Of a stretch of 64,000 nucleotides of DNA, positions 26,121 through 40,514 are shown piece by piece. The stretch covers positions 51,274,001 through 51,338,000 of the forward strand of contig NC_042997.1 in the NCBI RefSeq assembly GCF_006345805.1, written 5' to 3'. The notes below the pieces were generated by a model, which saw only the letters and a list, made by a program, of their open reading frames with translations, made no database searches and was not told where the DNA came from. The position numbers and the translations under genes were made by a program. Each line of letters opens with the position of its first letter. Position 1 is the first letter of the stretch. The stretch comes from Octopus sinensis (Eukaryota).

Positions 26121-27229
26121 ACTCATATATCAGCACTTGCATATGACCACAATTAACTTCACCAATTCTACACATACTTTAGCGCATCAGCCTGTACAAC
26201 TTAGCAGAGCAGCTTTTCTGAAGTTGTGTAAATGTATGTTGATTTTTTTCATTCCTTCTCTTCTTTCCCCATTACTCCCTCCTTACATTTCCCCTTTGTA
26301 ATTTTTTCTATCAAAAGAAATATTAATTTTCTGAAACATCAAACTCAGTTTTCCTTCCTTTCGTATTTTAAACTGACACATTATTCATCATACCGTGTTA
26401 TTTCTGTGGGGTTTTTTTATGTATACTTTTTTGGCTGTTTCAGTTTTACATACTACATATATACATACATATGTCCATATATATTTTTTTTTATGGTTGC
26501 CCAGTGTCAATATTTGTTTGTCTTGAAACAACGTTGCTTTTTTCAACAATTCTATTTCAAGATTTGTACACAAATTAAAAATTATCCCACAATAATGCAC
26601 CAAGGAATGATAAACACACCCTTGTCTACAGACACATGCATAGTACAGAAGTACTGCAGGAATATTTTTACAGAGAAGAAATTTTCTTACACCCCCAGGA
26701 GATTATCCATGGTCATAATAATTGCAGAAATAGGTTTTGCACTGCTTTGGATAAACTAACACTGCAGTATTGGAAAGTAATTGTCCAAGCTGACAGAACA
26801 GGACAGCTTAAAGACTGATTTAAAGCTTTTACTGTTTCAGAGGTGGCTATTCTTATTTCTAGACATCATTCTTGAAAAGAGAGACATCAGATCAGTTAGC
26901 TTAACTGAGATTTATATTATGCTCAAGATGCCTTGCAGTATTTTCTCATATTCTGAAAATGTGAGCATGGGTACATGGTAGGCACAGAAGACATGAGACA
27001 TGATGCAAAAAATATTCTGACAATTATTTCTGAGGCTTCAAAATTATAATTCAACACAGTGATACTTTCATTGTGGACTATGGTCAGCTCTTCCCTCAAT
27101 TCATTATTGACATATATGACAAGACTGAATATTGTCTAAGCCAGTAATGTGCCAGCAGTCATTTTTCATTATTCTTCAAGATCACAAGCTTCTTCAGTCT
27201 TACTTTCTCTCCAGTAATCTGTGTAATTT

Positions 27230-27430
27230 TTAGAAACACACTAAACTGTGTCCCAATCACAGAAGTGCAACTTCACTAAGTCTGACAATTACTATCTCCA
27301 CTATTTCAAAGGTGATGGAAACAGTTGTAAACAATTGCTTCTTTCATTAATTTGTGTCTTTCCTCTTCTCAGTGATCACCAGTATGATTTCCATAAAGCC
27401 TGGATTACTGGAGGTTTGCTTTCATATCAT
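27230..27430 (+). mobile_element. Ancient CR1/L2-like RT remnant
   Basis: TISKVMETVVNNC...LLSDHQYDFHKA..TGGLL resembles the conserved LINE RT block ISKxME...LLSDxQYGFR..STGDLL. Confidence 0.55.
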
Positions 27431-28507
27431 TTACTAGTAGTCTTTTGCCTTTGTGAATGCAACGTCATTATTGTTTGTGAGTGCAACATCATTATAGTTC
27501 ATGATTGGCATGAACCTACCAATGTAACTTACCAACCTTGGACTATATCTATATCTCATCTGTTGGATATCTCTAACACATACACTCAACCATCACTAAC
27601 ATCAAAGTTATGTTATGTGTTCCATTTTACTCATTTTTTAAAAATAAATTTCTAACATTCCTACCCTGCCTATGTTGTTCCTGTAAATATATGTCCAGAA
27701 ATTAAACTGAACTTGAACTGTATTATCTGGGAAGGTCTGCAATGACATGTTCTCTTCATCTTCTGCTCTGTACAAATTATAAAAAAAAATGTTATCTTTT
27801 TGACACCTGTCACTATTAAATATGCTTACAAAATTGATTAAGCATCTTAATTACTGCAGTCATCTTATTTTGTATCAAATTTCACATAAATCTTGTGTAA
27901 AAGACTCATTTATTTTAAACATTTAGTATAAACCACTTTGTTTTTACTATTTAAATTTCCTTTTCTGACCACACCAATGTTATGACAAAAATTCTGTTTT
28001 AGCTTTTTTAAAAGTTGAATTGAACAATACAATATTGCATTTGAATTTCAAATTTGAAAGGTGTTGCATATTTGAAAATTTGAACATGAAAGATGCTTTA
28101 ACATAAATATGTTATACCATTTTATTTTTCTTAAACTAAAATAAAATATTATACAGTTGATTGTAACAGATAGTTTGGTTCTCAAGTCCCTTCCCCCATA
28201 AAATAGTTGATTATTACTTAAAAGCAATATTGAAATACCACTAAGTAGTAAACTTCTTTCACATACATTGAAATTGTAACTGATTGTAAAGCATTACTTA
28301 CCTTATTTTTGAACATTTTAATTATGAATAAAGTAACCTTTATTTGGAAAGAGTTATTCTGTTTTCTAATTTAATTAATGTCATCTCTTTTACCAGGTAC
28401 AGGCTCATAATGTTTCCAGCAGAAAATAATATAAAAGTCGTACATCATTTCAGCATCTTTTATTATATTTTTAATATCTCTCAGTTATATTTAAATTTAT
28501 TTTATAG

Positions 28508-28614
28508 AATCTCTGCAGGCAGAAGTTTCCCCAAAGAAACGTCTGGAGGATGTTATTCATCTTGCTGAATTATGCATTGAAGTGCTACAACAAAATGAAG
28601 AGCATCATGCAGAG
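28508..28614 (+). CDS. CADPS: Internal exon of calcium-dependent secretion activator (CAPS/UNC-31)
   Basis: TTTATAG|AA TCT CTG...GCA GAG|GTTAGT; 107 nt (phase 1 to 0). Encodes [36 protein letters not shown], matching the recalled CAPS motif [28 protein letters not shown]. Alternative acceptors at 28519 and 28523 are possible. Confidence 0.93.
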
Positions 28615-29234
28615 GTTAGTATTTAGTAGATTACTTTGCACAGTCATAATTTTATTTGAAACTATTAATGATTGTTGAGTGTATCTTTTAGTTTCATTTT
28701 TATGAATATTTTCTATAAATTGATACCAGAATTTATACAAAAATAATTTCAGTACATATATCATTCAATAAAAATGCTTCATTCAGTAAGAACATTTTCA
28801 AAAGTTTTTAGTTAAACTACTGATTAGTAGTAAAATTAATTATCGAGATTGGCAGATGCTGATAAACAGAAACTTTAATTTGTAAACTTTAAGTTATACA
28901 TATTATGTAACTCTGATACTGACTGCGTTGCTGTCCTATTCTTATAATAAAAATATGAAATGAGTATCTATGATTAATTTTTACCAAAATATGTCTTTTT
29001 TACATGTTTTTTTTTTTTTTAAAGTAAGAGAAAAAAGGAGAAAAAATTAGTAGTAACATTTTCATTTCTTATTGAATTTGTGTAAAAACTTAATTTGAAG
29101 TTAATCGTATTTCAAATGAAAATGGGAATATTTTTATTGATATATCTGTTAATAAAATTGTCTGAGTGTGTGTGTGCGTGTGTATTATTAGAATATATAC
29201 ATATATGTGTATTTGATAGTAAAGAAACACACAC

Positions 29235-29292
<58 letters not shown>

Positions 29293-30446
29293 GTGTATAT
29301 AAACTCAAATATATATAAGAAAAAAAAACTGTGTGTATATAATTGTTTGTGCATATAAGAATACATATGTATGTAAGAATGTATGTGAGTGTTTATGTAT
29401 TTTACATAAGCTAATGACAGATTAGAATAACTCCAATAGATGTTGATATACTGAATGATATATGCAAAAACATAATGTTCAGCTTTTAGTTGGAGAAACA
29501 AAACTAAAAACTTAACATACAATCATTAGAATCACAAAGGAAAGGAAATATATTATGAAGAAATTGAGAATTCTCATGCTTAATGAAAGATCTGATGTCT
29601 GTTAGCCAAAATGCTGGCAGCATTGGATGTATTTTGGTTCTGTTTAATTGGTCAGCAAAGCATGGTTAGCATGAACTAACTTGACCAGTAGGCATAAATT
29701 TGTATTTAAAGAAAAAGGATTATGAAGACTTTTTATTTTTTGTCCATTTAATTTGCATAATATTGAACAAAATTGAGCTAAGGGAAATAAGACAATGGCA
29801 TAGATTAAGATAAGCCTTGTAGGTATTGAGTTACTGACTGATAAATGCAAAAATTTCTTTTCACTGTTCCTGCTTGCAAAATCATGTTTTCTCTCGAATA
29901 TAAGAATTAAAGTTTTATGAATTAATACTTTCTTAAAATAAGCCCCTCTTTTCTTTCTGAGCAACTAACAATTGCCTGCTAGGTTTTTGTTTTCTTCTTT
30001 CAAGTACATCATTCAGTACCTCAACCCCTACTTCATATGTGTGTGTGTTTCTGTATATATGTGTTTGTGTATGTGTGCATGTGTGTGTGTATAATAATAT
30101 ATATAGTACATTCTTATATTCTCTTACTGGTTTCTGTTGTTAAGACTGCAACCAGGCTAAGGCATTGCCTTAAGAGGTTTTTTTTATAGTAACTGCTGTA
30201 CTTACTTCAGTTTGGTACTTATTTTATTGATTTCTTAAGTTCCCATTTTGATTCAATACTGGTCTCACACACATATACACACATACACAAATATGCACAC
30301 ACACACGTACAATGGGCTTCTGAATTCTACTCTCACTAGAATCCACACTCAATGTGTTAATCAACCCTGACTATAGTTGAAGGTACTTGTCCTGTATGCT
30401 TGCGATGAAAACTTTATCATGATTCTACACTTGTGTGCATGTGTAT

Positions 30447-30455
30447 GTGAATTTG

Positions 30456-30500
<45 letters not shown>

Positions 30501-30520
30501 TATATTGCATATATACAAAT

Positions 30521-30575
<55 letters not shown>

Positions 30576-30612
30576 CATATATACAAATATATATATATAT
30601 ATATTTGCATAT

Positions 30613-30655
<43 letters not shown>

Positions 30656-31425
30656 CATATATACAAATATATATATATATATATATATATATTTGCATAT
30701 ATACAAATATATATATATATAATATATATATTTGCATATATACAAATATATATATATATATATATATATATTTGCATATATACAAATATATATATATATA
30801 TATATTTGCATATATACAAATATATTATATATATATATATATATTTGCATATATACAAATTATATATATATATATATATATATTTGCATATATACAAATA
30901 TATATATATTAATATATATTTGCATATATACAAATATATATATAATATATATATATATATTTGCATATATACAAATATATATATATATATTTGCATATAT
31001 ACAAATATATATATATATATATATATATATTTGCATATATACAAATATATATATATATATTATATATATATTTGCATATATACAAATATATATATATATT
31101 ATATATATTATATATTTGCATATATACAAATATAAATATATATATATATATATTTACATATATACAAATATAAATATATATATATATATTTGCATATATA
31201 CAAATATATATATATATGTATATATTTGTATATATATATATGTATATACATGTATATATGTATATACATGTATATATGTATATATTTGTGTATATATATT
31301 TATATGTATATATTTGTATATATATATATATATATTTGTATATGTATATATTTGTATATGTATATATTTGTATATGTATTTGTATATATATGTGGGTATA
31401 TATATATATATATATTATATATCTA
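30447..31425. repeat. (TA)n array with a TTTGCATATATACAAA minisatellite unit (~18 units, ~30500-31205)
   Basis: Directly visible; about 15 units contain an exact ATTTGCAT. Confidence 0.95.
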
Positions 31426-33633
31426 TACAGAGAAAGAGGGAGAGAGAGAGAGGTAGAGATCTTTAGACCCCTAATTGAGCAATTTCATGAATATATATTT
31501 CATCTGTTTGTATGTTTCTTTTGTTTTTTGCCCTTACATCATCTCAGCTCAACCAGAAACAAACCTAAGATCAAAAATATTCTAACCATGAGCATCTTGT
31601 ATATTAATTTCTGTGACTACATTGTTCTATGTGGCTAACATGTATATATACATACATGCATATATGTGTGTGTGCATAATGTTTGATGTGTGTATGTAAA
31701 TATATACTGTATAATATACGAATATATAATATATTTTAATGTATATATATATATATAAATATATATATATAATGTACAGTATAGAAATATATAATGTATT
31801 ATATGTTTTGTGTGTGTGTGTGTGCATTGTACATTGTGCAAAAGAAAACAGTGCTAGTTCAGGTATATAATGTGTTATGGAATGTATAAAAACTTACAAT
31901 GCGAAACTAGTTTAATCTGGTGTTGCCTGCATTAGTAATTTTGCTGAACCATTACTCCATGCTAGGTAGCTAACCTAATCTTATTATTCATTGTCTTTAG
32001 AATATTCTTGCTAACTAAACTACTTTGATATTTAACTGGGTTTATTTGCCAACAGTGTTGACTTTAATCTTTCAATCCCTAAAGAACTTATTAAACCGAC
32101 CTACTTTTTCCAAAAGTTTATAACACAATAGGCAATTATGATATAATTATAATGCATGTTGGGAAGGCATTTCTTTTTCACAAGTGTTTAACCTGGGCTA
32201 CAAGATCTGACCTAGATGGTTTCTTTGATGTAAGCATTGGGGTCATTTGATTGCATGGACATTTGCAATCTCACAGGAATATATATTTGATGCCTTAAGT
32301 AAAAAATTTCCCTCTGCTGTTTTTGACTTGTACAGGGATGACTCCTAGCTTTCTCTATAAATGAGCATACTTTATGTCAGCTAAGGAAGGCACAATCCAA
32401 ACATTCTGGTCTTTTGGCCTTAAAATTACTATAGAGACTAACCTAACAATATAATTTATTGGTTGTTGTTGTTGCCCTAAGTTTATACTATCTCATACAA
32501 GCCCTTCAGACAGTCAAATGAAAATGTTAATTACATAATCTCATGCCCTACCCCATAGCATTTAAAAACTAATAGTAGAAGAGTTTTGATTATACCCTCT
32601 AGTAAAATGTGTGGTAGAAAAGCCTAAAAGCCTTACAATTAGGATACCCTTGGAGTGAGTGAATTCAATAATAAAATTACTTAAATTACCAACCTCAGTC
32701 TTCCTAGAAAGAAAAAATATAACATCTGTGTTGAAACCCCTTATCTTTAAGACCTTTCTGGTCTCAGAAGAGTAGCACTTCCTAACTAGCCATAGATATA
32801 GGAAATTGTCCAATAGGTGAACATGAAGGCTGATTGCTCATATTGGGACAACAGCATGTGTATGCTGATTGTATTCTATAATACAGAGACCATTGTATAT
32901 AAAGAGGAGGTCAAATCTTGAGACACAAAACTTGGGTCCACCTTGAAGTGATGATTTAGTATGACAGAAGAAAATATTACAATCACACCTTTCCCTTCAG
33001 AAACATTAAAAAATGAAATGTAAGAGAATTAGCAAATTACATCTTGACCTTAAAAAAGAAATCCATAAATTACAGTATCAACTGAGTTTTGTTGAAAGAT
33101 GTGCCCTCTGAGGAGTATCAAGACTAATTCTGAAGAGTTCACTGATGTCAGAACTATATATAGAGATGCCAGATTGGAGACATTCATTTTTTTGCAAACA
33201 AGGTGTTAATTTTGTTTTATATGACTGGACATGCCACTCTTAAATGAGACAGTATAATCATTCATATCTGGGTCACAAGAAGTGAAATCCAGAACTTCTA
33301 TTTAATATCTTTTTTTTTTAATATTTCTTTCTTGCATGTTTTCTTTTGTTTCTCTATTTTTTCTTTGATCTCTTTCTTTCTCACTTCTTATTTTTTGCTT
33401 CACTCCTTTCTAAACTGGAACTCTATTACTAAACTATATCTTGTCTTTATCATTTATAACTTATTCATTTTCCATCTCTACTTTTAAAATTTATTCTAGA
33501 TAATATTTAATTACAAGTTAACATGTCGAAGGAGTTAATACTTTTCCATTTTATCTACAACTGATCTTCCTTTTATCCCTTTTATGGTTAATATTATAAA
33601 TTATAAAATTAATTAAGATACATTTTCCCCCAG

Positions 33634-33654
33634 AGTGTCATAACATAAGCAGAA
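33634..33654 (+). other. Candidate 21-nt microexon with an in-frame TAA
   Basis: CATTTTCCCCCAG|AGT GTC ATA ACA TAA GCA GAA|GTAAGT. Confidence 0.3.
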
Positions 33655-34139
33655 GTAAGTACTATTTCTGTTGTGCCCAAAACAAGCATTGTCTAGGTGA
33701 AACTGGTGTTAAAAAAGTATGATGATAATAAGCTCAACTGTTTTACAGTGCCTTTCAGTGATTTTATAACTATTAACAACATAGATTGACTGGTTTCTAT
33801 AATCATATGTGTGTTTGTATCATCATCATCATCACCATCTACTTTTCTATGCTTGCCAGGATTGGATAGGTTTACACCAGCACAGTGTTTCATTCAACAT
33901 TTGTTGCATTCTCCTCTCATCATAAGTGCCAACCTCTAGTGATCGACTTTGACCATTTCTTCCCATATCTTTCTTAGTCCTCCTCTTGCACTGGTTTCTT
34001 CCATATGAGATTCTTGGCACTTCTTAATCCAAATGTCATCAGATATTCTGTTTTGTGTGTGTGTATGTATTTTACTCTTTGTGCTTGTTTTGCAAGATTC
34101 TTAATGTGAAGCCTTATGTTAAAACATATTTTGAGAGGG

Positions 34140-34180
<41 letters not shown>

Positions 34181-36372
34181 TACTCTGCATGAGTTGGTTG
34201 TGTTATCACAGTCTGAGTCAGTTCTTATCCAGAGTTACTGCTCTCCTCAATGAGTTGGAGGAATACATCTTGCTTGCATATTCAAGTTTTGATAGGGCTT
34301 CTATGGCTATATGTTCTTTCCAATATCAGTTACTTCGCAGAGTGGACTGACCTGTTTTATCATGGCACCAACATCTTCTGTGTTCTATAATAGCTCTATT
34401 CATTCTCCATTTTATGTAGAATACTGGCTGCATCATATTATTGAATGAGCAGTAGAAATGTTTACCTTGTCTCCTAGAGGATTAAAGAGTCTTCTCCACT
34501 CTGTTATCTCTGCTCTGCATTAACAATCCATGAAACTGAAAGGGTAAATAGGAAAGAGAGTGAAAGATTGAGTACGAGTGTTATAAGGAAGATAGAGACA
34601 TAGGATCAAGTGAGTAGTTGTGAGAAGAGATAGACAGTGATAAGTAGCAATATATTAAGGAAAGCTTCTCATTTCATCACCTGTAACCTACAACATTTCT
34701 CCTATTTTGACCATTCAGTCTATTGAAGGAGGTGGAAAGTGACATATGACAACAAGAAAAATGTTTTCTATGTCAACAAAGAGTGTTAGAAGAGAGAGTA
34801 ATGTGAGAGGGAGAAAGAAAAAAGAGAGATAGAATGAACAATTGAAGGATATCAATAAAGGTAAATGAGGGTAAAAGAAAGCAATAGATGGGTAAAAAAA
34901 AGCTTGGTAGAGTGTGCACAGAATTGGCAGCACTGTACAATGAGGAAAGTTTTCTTGAATGCTGATAGAGCTTAGCACCAGTGTTTTCACATGTATTGAC
35001 ATCAGCACACAAAGATATAGAACAGGTACTGCAAAGCATCTTGTTTAATGTTCAAAAGTTTCACTAATACATCAAAAGGAGGAAATGCTATGTTGATCTT
35101 GGTTGGATTTGAATTCAGAGTGCAGAAAGTTAGAATATGTATCACATGGCATTCTATCTTTGTCAATTTGTTGCTCTCCTATTCACTAAGCTACTTCTCA
35201 CTTATAACATTAATTTAAATATAAATTCTTGATGTAAATAATTAATTCATAAAATATATCATAGTTAAACTAAAATAATCATCATATAAATATATTTAAT
35301 AAAATAGTCATTCTTTTATCAAAGTTCTTAATATATGATTATATTATGCTGTTTTGTGAACTTAATTGTATCTTTCTCCCTTTTCTCTAAGCCTACCTTT
35401 TAGGCTGCTGACACATTTATCATTGATAGCTATTACCAGTTAAAAACTCTATAAATATACATGAAAGGAATCACTGTAATCTCTCTTTTTCTGTCTCTTC
35501 CACTCTTCTGTTATCTACCTTTAGTATCCAGGAGAGCTTTCACCTCAATAAATTCTTTTTGAAGTATTGAATAAAATTATGGATTACAGTTGAAACTGTT
35601 TTTCCAATAAATAAATATTGATGTAACTGAAGGATTCTAGAAACAAAAAACCAAAAATCTTAAAAGTTTGTCTGAAATTGATTACTGTACTTCATTACAC
35701 CCTACTTGCTTTTGCCATTGTCAACTTTACTTCACTCCTCCAGACTAGAGTTGATCAATTAACTTTTAGTAATTAATATTTGAGTGTGGATCCAAGTAAT
35801 TGTTCTCATCTCTTAAATGGTTTAACCTAATGCCTCATTGAAAAACTTAATATAATTCATATCTCAGGTGCATTTTTTTTTTTGTCATCATCATATATAT
35901 TACTGACAACCTCATTGCTTTCTTTACCACCCTGCCTTTATTCGTTGTTTAGCTTTGATAATGAAGTCTGCTGCCTATAAGGATTTCCAATTGTAGTTTT
36001 CTTATGTGCTTTTTTAATGGCATAACTATAACATTATCCATTTTTATGAAAGAATACTCGTTTACTAAACAACATAGGCTGCAGTAGTAAATCTTTGTAG
36101 ATTGAAGTAAGTTGCTATGTATACCTGACTGCAAGAAAGTGATAGCATTCAAGCACAAGCATCATTCTTATACTCAATATTTAATGTTTGATTTGAATAT
36201 GATTCATTTCCTTTAATCAATCATTTCGTTTGGTTTTTATTTTTTTTTATCAATAAACTTTGATCTGGATTATAAAAGAACATTCTTTCTTAATGACACA
36301 GCTCCATCAAAACCCATAAATAGTAAAATACATATATTGTGTATAGGAAGAGATGGATAGATAGATAGCTAG

Positions 36373-36490
36373 ATACATACATACATGCATGCATACATAC
36401 ATACATACATACATACATACATACATACATACATACATACATACATACATACATACATACATACATACATACATACATACATACATACAT
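36373..36490. repeat. (ATAC)n tetranucleotide microsatellite
   Basis: Near-perfect tandem ATAC. Confidence 0.95.
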
Positions 36491-38218
36491 AGTTAGTTAG
36501 AGAGGTAGATAGAGAGGTAGATAAATAGATAGAGAGAGAGAAGGAGAGAGAGAGTGTGTGTATGTGTGTGTTTATGATTTCTCTCCATCTGTGAATGGAA
36601 AGTTTATCAATTCCAGTATGTTTATTGTTTGCTATCTAAATAGGTATGAGAAAACTTCATGATTAAAAGCATGACTATCATAATTCTGATTTTCCTCTTC
36701 TGAAAGTTTATACTTGATTTATTGATGGAGACTTATGATCACACAGAGCCAGGCAGTTGACTCAATATATCATATCAGTATAAGGGTTAGATAAAAACTA
36801 TTTAGATAATTTAAATGTTTAAAACATAGTTATTGACCCAGGTGGAATACAGATGCATATGGATATACAGTTGTATGAATAGATTTATGCAACCTATCAT
36901 GAATTATTACCTATCTGAGTTGGAAATTCTTTTATCTCTGAACCATAGATATTGTACAATTCAGTTATTTGTATAGAAATTGTGATTTGACTCATTATTA
37001 AAAGAATCCAAGCACATAGTATATTTTAATATATAGTAAGAGACCTTTTCTTTTACATTATTATGGATATGTATATCTTTACTTATGACATTTTAGAGTA
37101 AAGAGATTAAGTATTTTGTTGAAGATGTGAATGCTAAATTAACTTATATTATTAAAGGTAAATGAGATTTCTACATGCCTTGATATGTAAAATGTTTATC
37201 TATTTCTAATTCTGGTTTCTTAAAACCCTTGAGCTGTTAGGTAAATTTTGTTTTATAAACAGAACAGTATCTTGCCTTAAAAGAATATTTTTTACATTTT
37301 AAACTAAAGGCACATTTTCATTAGTATAAAAGCAACAAAAAATTTTAGAAAGTATTATTTATATGACATAGGAGGTATTTTGTAGATATTTAGTCATAAA
37401 TCTTCTATTACAGGGAAAATACACAATAAACATGTTCAAGCAAGGCTATGTGGTTAGAAAGTTTGCTTCACAACTATGTGGCTCCTTGTTTAGTCCCATT
37501 GCATGACACCTTGGACAAGTGTTTTCTCTAACCTCAAATTTCCCATTAAGTTTTTAGTGGAATTTGGTAGAAAAACTGCAGAAGACCATATTTCATGTTC
37601 CAACTACTTTAAGCACTCAGCTCTTCTTTATAAATCTTTGGATTTTTTTTATTACTAGATACTATATGATTGTCCAGAGGTTTTTTTTTTTATCTCAATG
37701 AAGCAGATTTGTTGTTTACTCTAATCAAATGTTATCAGCTATGCCACAGTCTCTTTATAATATTAAAATTTAAAGTCTGTCGAATTCAGAATTTTAGCAA
37801 AAACAGTACATTGAGAGCAATAAGATGCTTCAGTTAATGTACTCTTAAACATACATGTTGTTGCTTAGAATGAGTTCCAATAAAGTTCTGGTCTCTGTGA
37901 CCTACAAAACTGAAGAACGCAAAAAAAGGAAAAACAATTTTCAGCCATTCATGAAACAGGCAGTTATAAGTGTCATCAATATATACACTTTCGCTCACTC
38001 ACCCACAAATATACATATATAACAATAGAGAAAGAAAGGAGAAATCATGTCATACTAATCTACATCCTGTGACCTTTAGATGAGAATGATCTTCTTGTCT
38101 GAAGATCATAGTTGTGTGAAACTCCAGTCATGAGAGTTACCAAAAAAGGCATGTCTTATACAATATATATTGAGCAATTGAGCACTCCTTTTTCATTTGT
38201 CCAACATAAATCAATGTG

Positions 38219-38257
<39 letters not shown>

Positions 38258-38353
38258 TGTGTGTGTGTATTCATCATTTAACATTCATACTCCATTCTGG
38301 CATAGGCTGGATGATTTAATAGGATTGTAAAAGAATATTATTTTCATATGACA

Positions 38354-38420
<67 letters not shown>

Positions 38421-38422
38421 AT

Positions 38423-38772
38423 AGTTACTGAATGGAGTATGAAAGACCTGAGCTACATATGTTTCATAGCAAGTAGAACCTCAGAAGTGGTAAAATCCAA
38501 GTGAGGTGTATACCACTGGCTACTCTTCAGGCCAAAGATATCATGATTAGATTAAAGGTTACATTGTTGCAAGGAGGCACATGACATTTCTGATTGAATC
38601 TTCTTTACATCAACATGTACCTCCTTGCGAAAATGTAACCTTTAATCTTATCAAGATATCCTTGGCCTGAAGTGTAGCTGGCAGTATACACTTCACTTGG
38701 ATTTTACCACTTCTGAGGCTCCACTTGCTATGAAACATGTAGCCTGGATTTTTCCTACTCCATTCTGCAACT
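38423..38772. repeat. Imperfect ~160-bp-arm inverted repeat (foldback/MITE-like), 30-nt loop
   Basis: 38423-38583 is reverse-complementary to 38614-38772, e.g. CCTCAGAAGTGGTAAAATCCAAGTGA versus TCACTTGGATTTTACCACTTCTGAGG. Confidence 0.9.
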
Positions 38773-38994
38773 CTTGTATTCTTTTTTGCACACTTGGCAA
38801 CCCTGGTTGCCCACCGTGAAATATATAAAGAACTTTTTTTCTGCTCATTGTTCTTTGATAGAGAAAAATAATCTGCAACCTTCCATTTCTTTCCTGAAAG
38901 TTGTTTTTTTATATTTAGTATGGATTGCTCGAAACTAATTTTCTTCCTACACCTTAATCCCTGGTTCTTATACACACACACACACATATATATA

Positions 38995-40228
38995 CAGGAT
39001 ATGATGGGTAAATTGTCACCATTTTATATTTTTAATTTTGTGCATGCACATTGTTTGTTTTTGATTTTGTTAACTACACAGTTTAGTAGGATCAGTTGGG
39101 TACTGTCTGTGAGAAAAACAGCACCATGACACAATTCAATCTACCAGGAATTTGGAAACAGCATGCTGTACTGCTTGGCATTTGTGCTGGAAGCTCCAGT
39201 AAAAATATTTCAGAGAGTTTGAGTGTCAATCTCATGACAGTGCAGAGGATTCAGAAAGAGTCAGATGATTTTAATGGCGATTATGAAGGTATGGCAGCTC
39301 GGAAAACTCACTCTGATCATTTTGATATAAGAACTCCTGAATTTGTTGGTGAAATCCAGGCCATGATTGACAATGATCCATCCAAGTCAATCAGATCCAT
39401 CACCAGGGACATGGAAGTGTCTGAGTTTCTTATTAGACATTTGATCTTTCTCATACAAGATGAGAAAGGGCCAATTTTTATCCCAAGCCATCAAGGACAA
39501 GAGGAAAGACTGCACTATGAAGCTTTTGAACAAACTCAAGCATCTTTTCCAACTGAACATGCTTTGGTTTTTCTCAGATGAGAAAAAATTTCTGCCAGGA
39601 CCAGATGGTGAACATACAGAACAACTGTTGGCTTACTGTGTCCCCAAAACACATACTGAGAGTGATGAAAATCAAACATCCAGTCAACATCATGATGTTT
39701 GGAGTGCTCACTAGTGATGGTGACATTATGCCTCCATTCATCTTCCCACATGGCCTCAGACTCAACATGGAGGCCTACATCAAGTGTCTGGAAGAGGCAG
39801 TGCTGCCCTGGGTGAGGGTAGCTGCTGAAGACCTTATGACTAGCAATAGGACTCTGCACCATGTCACACAAGCAGGAGAACCCAGTCATGGCTGCCAAAC
39901 AATTTCTGCAACCCCTTGATTATTATGTGTGGGGCACAGTTGAGCAAGAGACCAACAAAACTCCTTGTAACACCAAAGATGATCTGAAGGCAAGGATTGT
40001 GGTAGCATTCACCAACTTAATCAAGGAGGCCATCCAGAAGAGTTGCAGGAGATTCCAAAGTCATCTGGAGGTTATGGTTGAAGCCAATCGTGATTTTATT
40101 GAATAAATTTACTCTTTAGTGTTTTAAGTATTTTTATGCAATTTTGGTAAAGATATCTGTTAAAATGAGACGTCAGTGTTATTTTCATTTTTGCGTAATT
40201 TAGATGACAATTTATTCACTGCACCCCA
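38995..40228 (+). mobile_element. Tc1/mariner element, probably DD37D (maT)-like, decayed
   Basis: RTPEFVGEIQAMIDNDPSKSIRSI, WFFSDEK.F, HPVNIMMFGVLTSDG, PLDYYVWG, EANRDFIE*. Imperfect TIRs share TAAATTGTCA/TGACAATTTA, with TA flanks. Confidence 0.88.
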
Positions 40229-40313
40229 TATATATATTTATATATATGTGTGTGTGTGTGTGTATGTGTGTATATATATGTATATATATATATATGTATG
40301 TATATGTATGTAT

Positions 40314-40354
<41 letters not shown>

Positions 40355-40439
40355 TATGTATGTAATATATATATGTATGTATATATATATGTATGTATAT
40401 ATATATATGTATATATATATATGTATATAAATATATATG

Positions 40440-40470
<31 letters not shown>

Positions 40471-40475
40471 GTATG

Positions 40476-40514
<39 letters not shown>

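Noticed and set aside
29960-30040. CTAAC-TGC-polypyrimidine-CAAG acceptor-like signal
   Set aside because: No matching donor gives a frame-preserving exon (11 or 34 nt with weak donors).
30500-31205. Repeat-spacer appearance suggesting a CRISPR-like array
   Set aside because: The spacers are only variable-length TA runs, there are no cas genes, and the context is eukaryotic.
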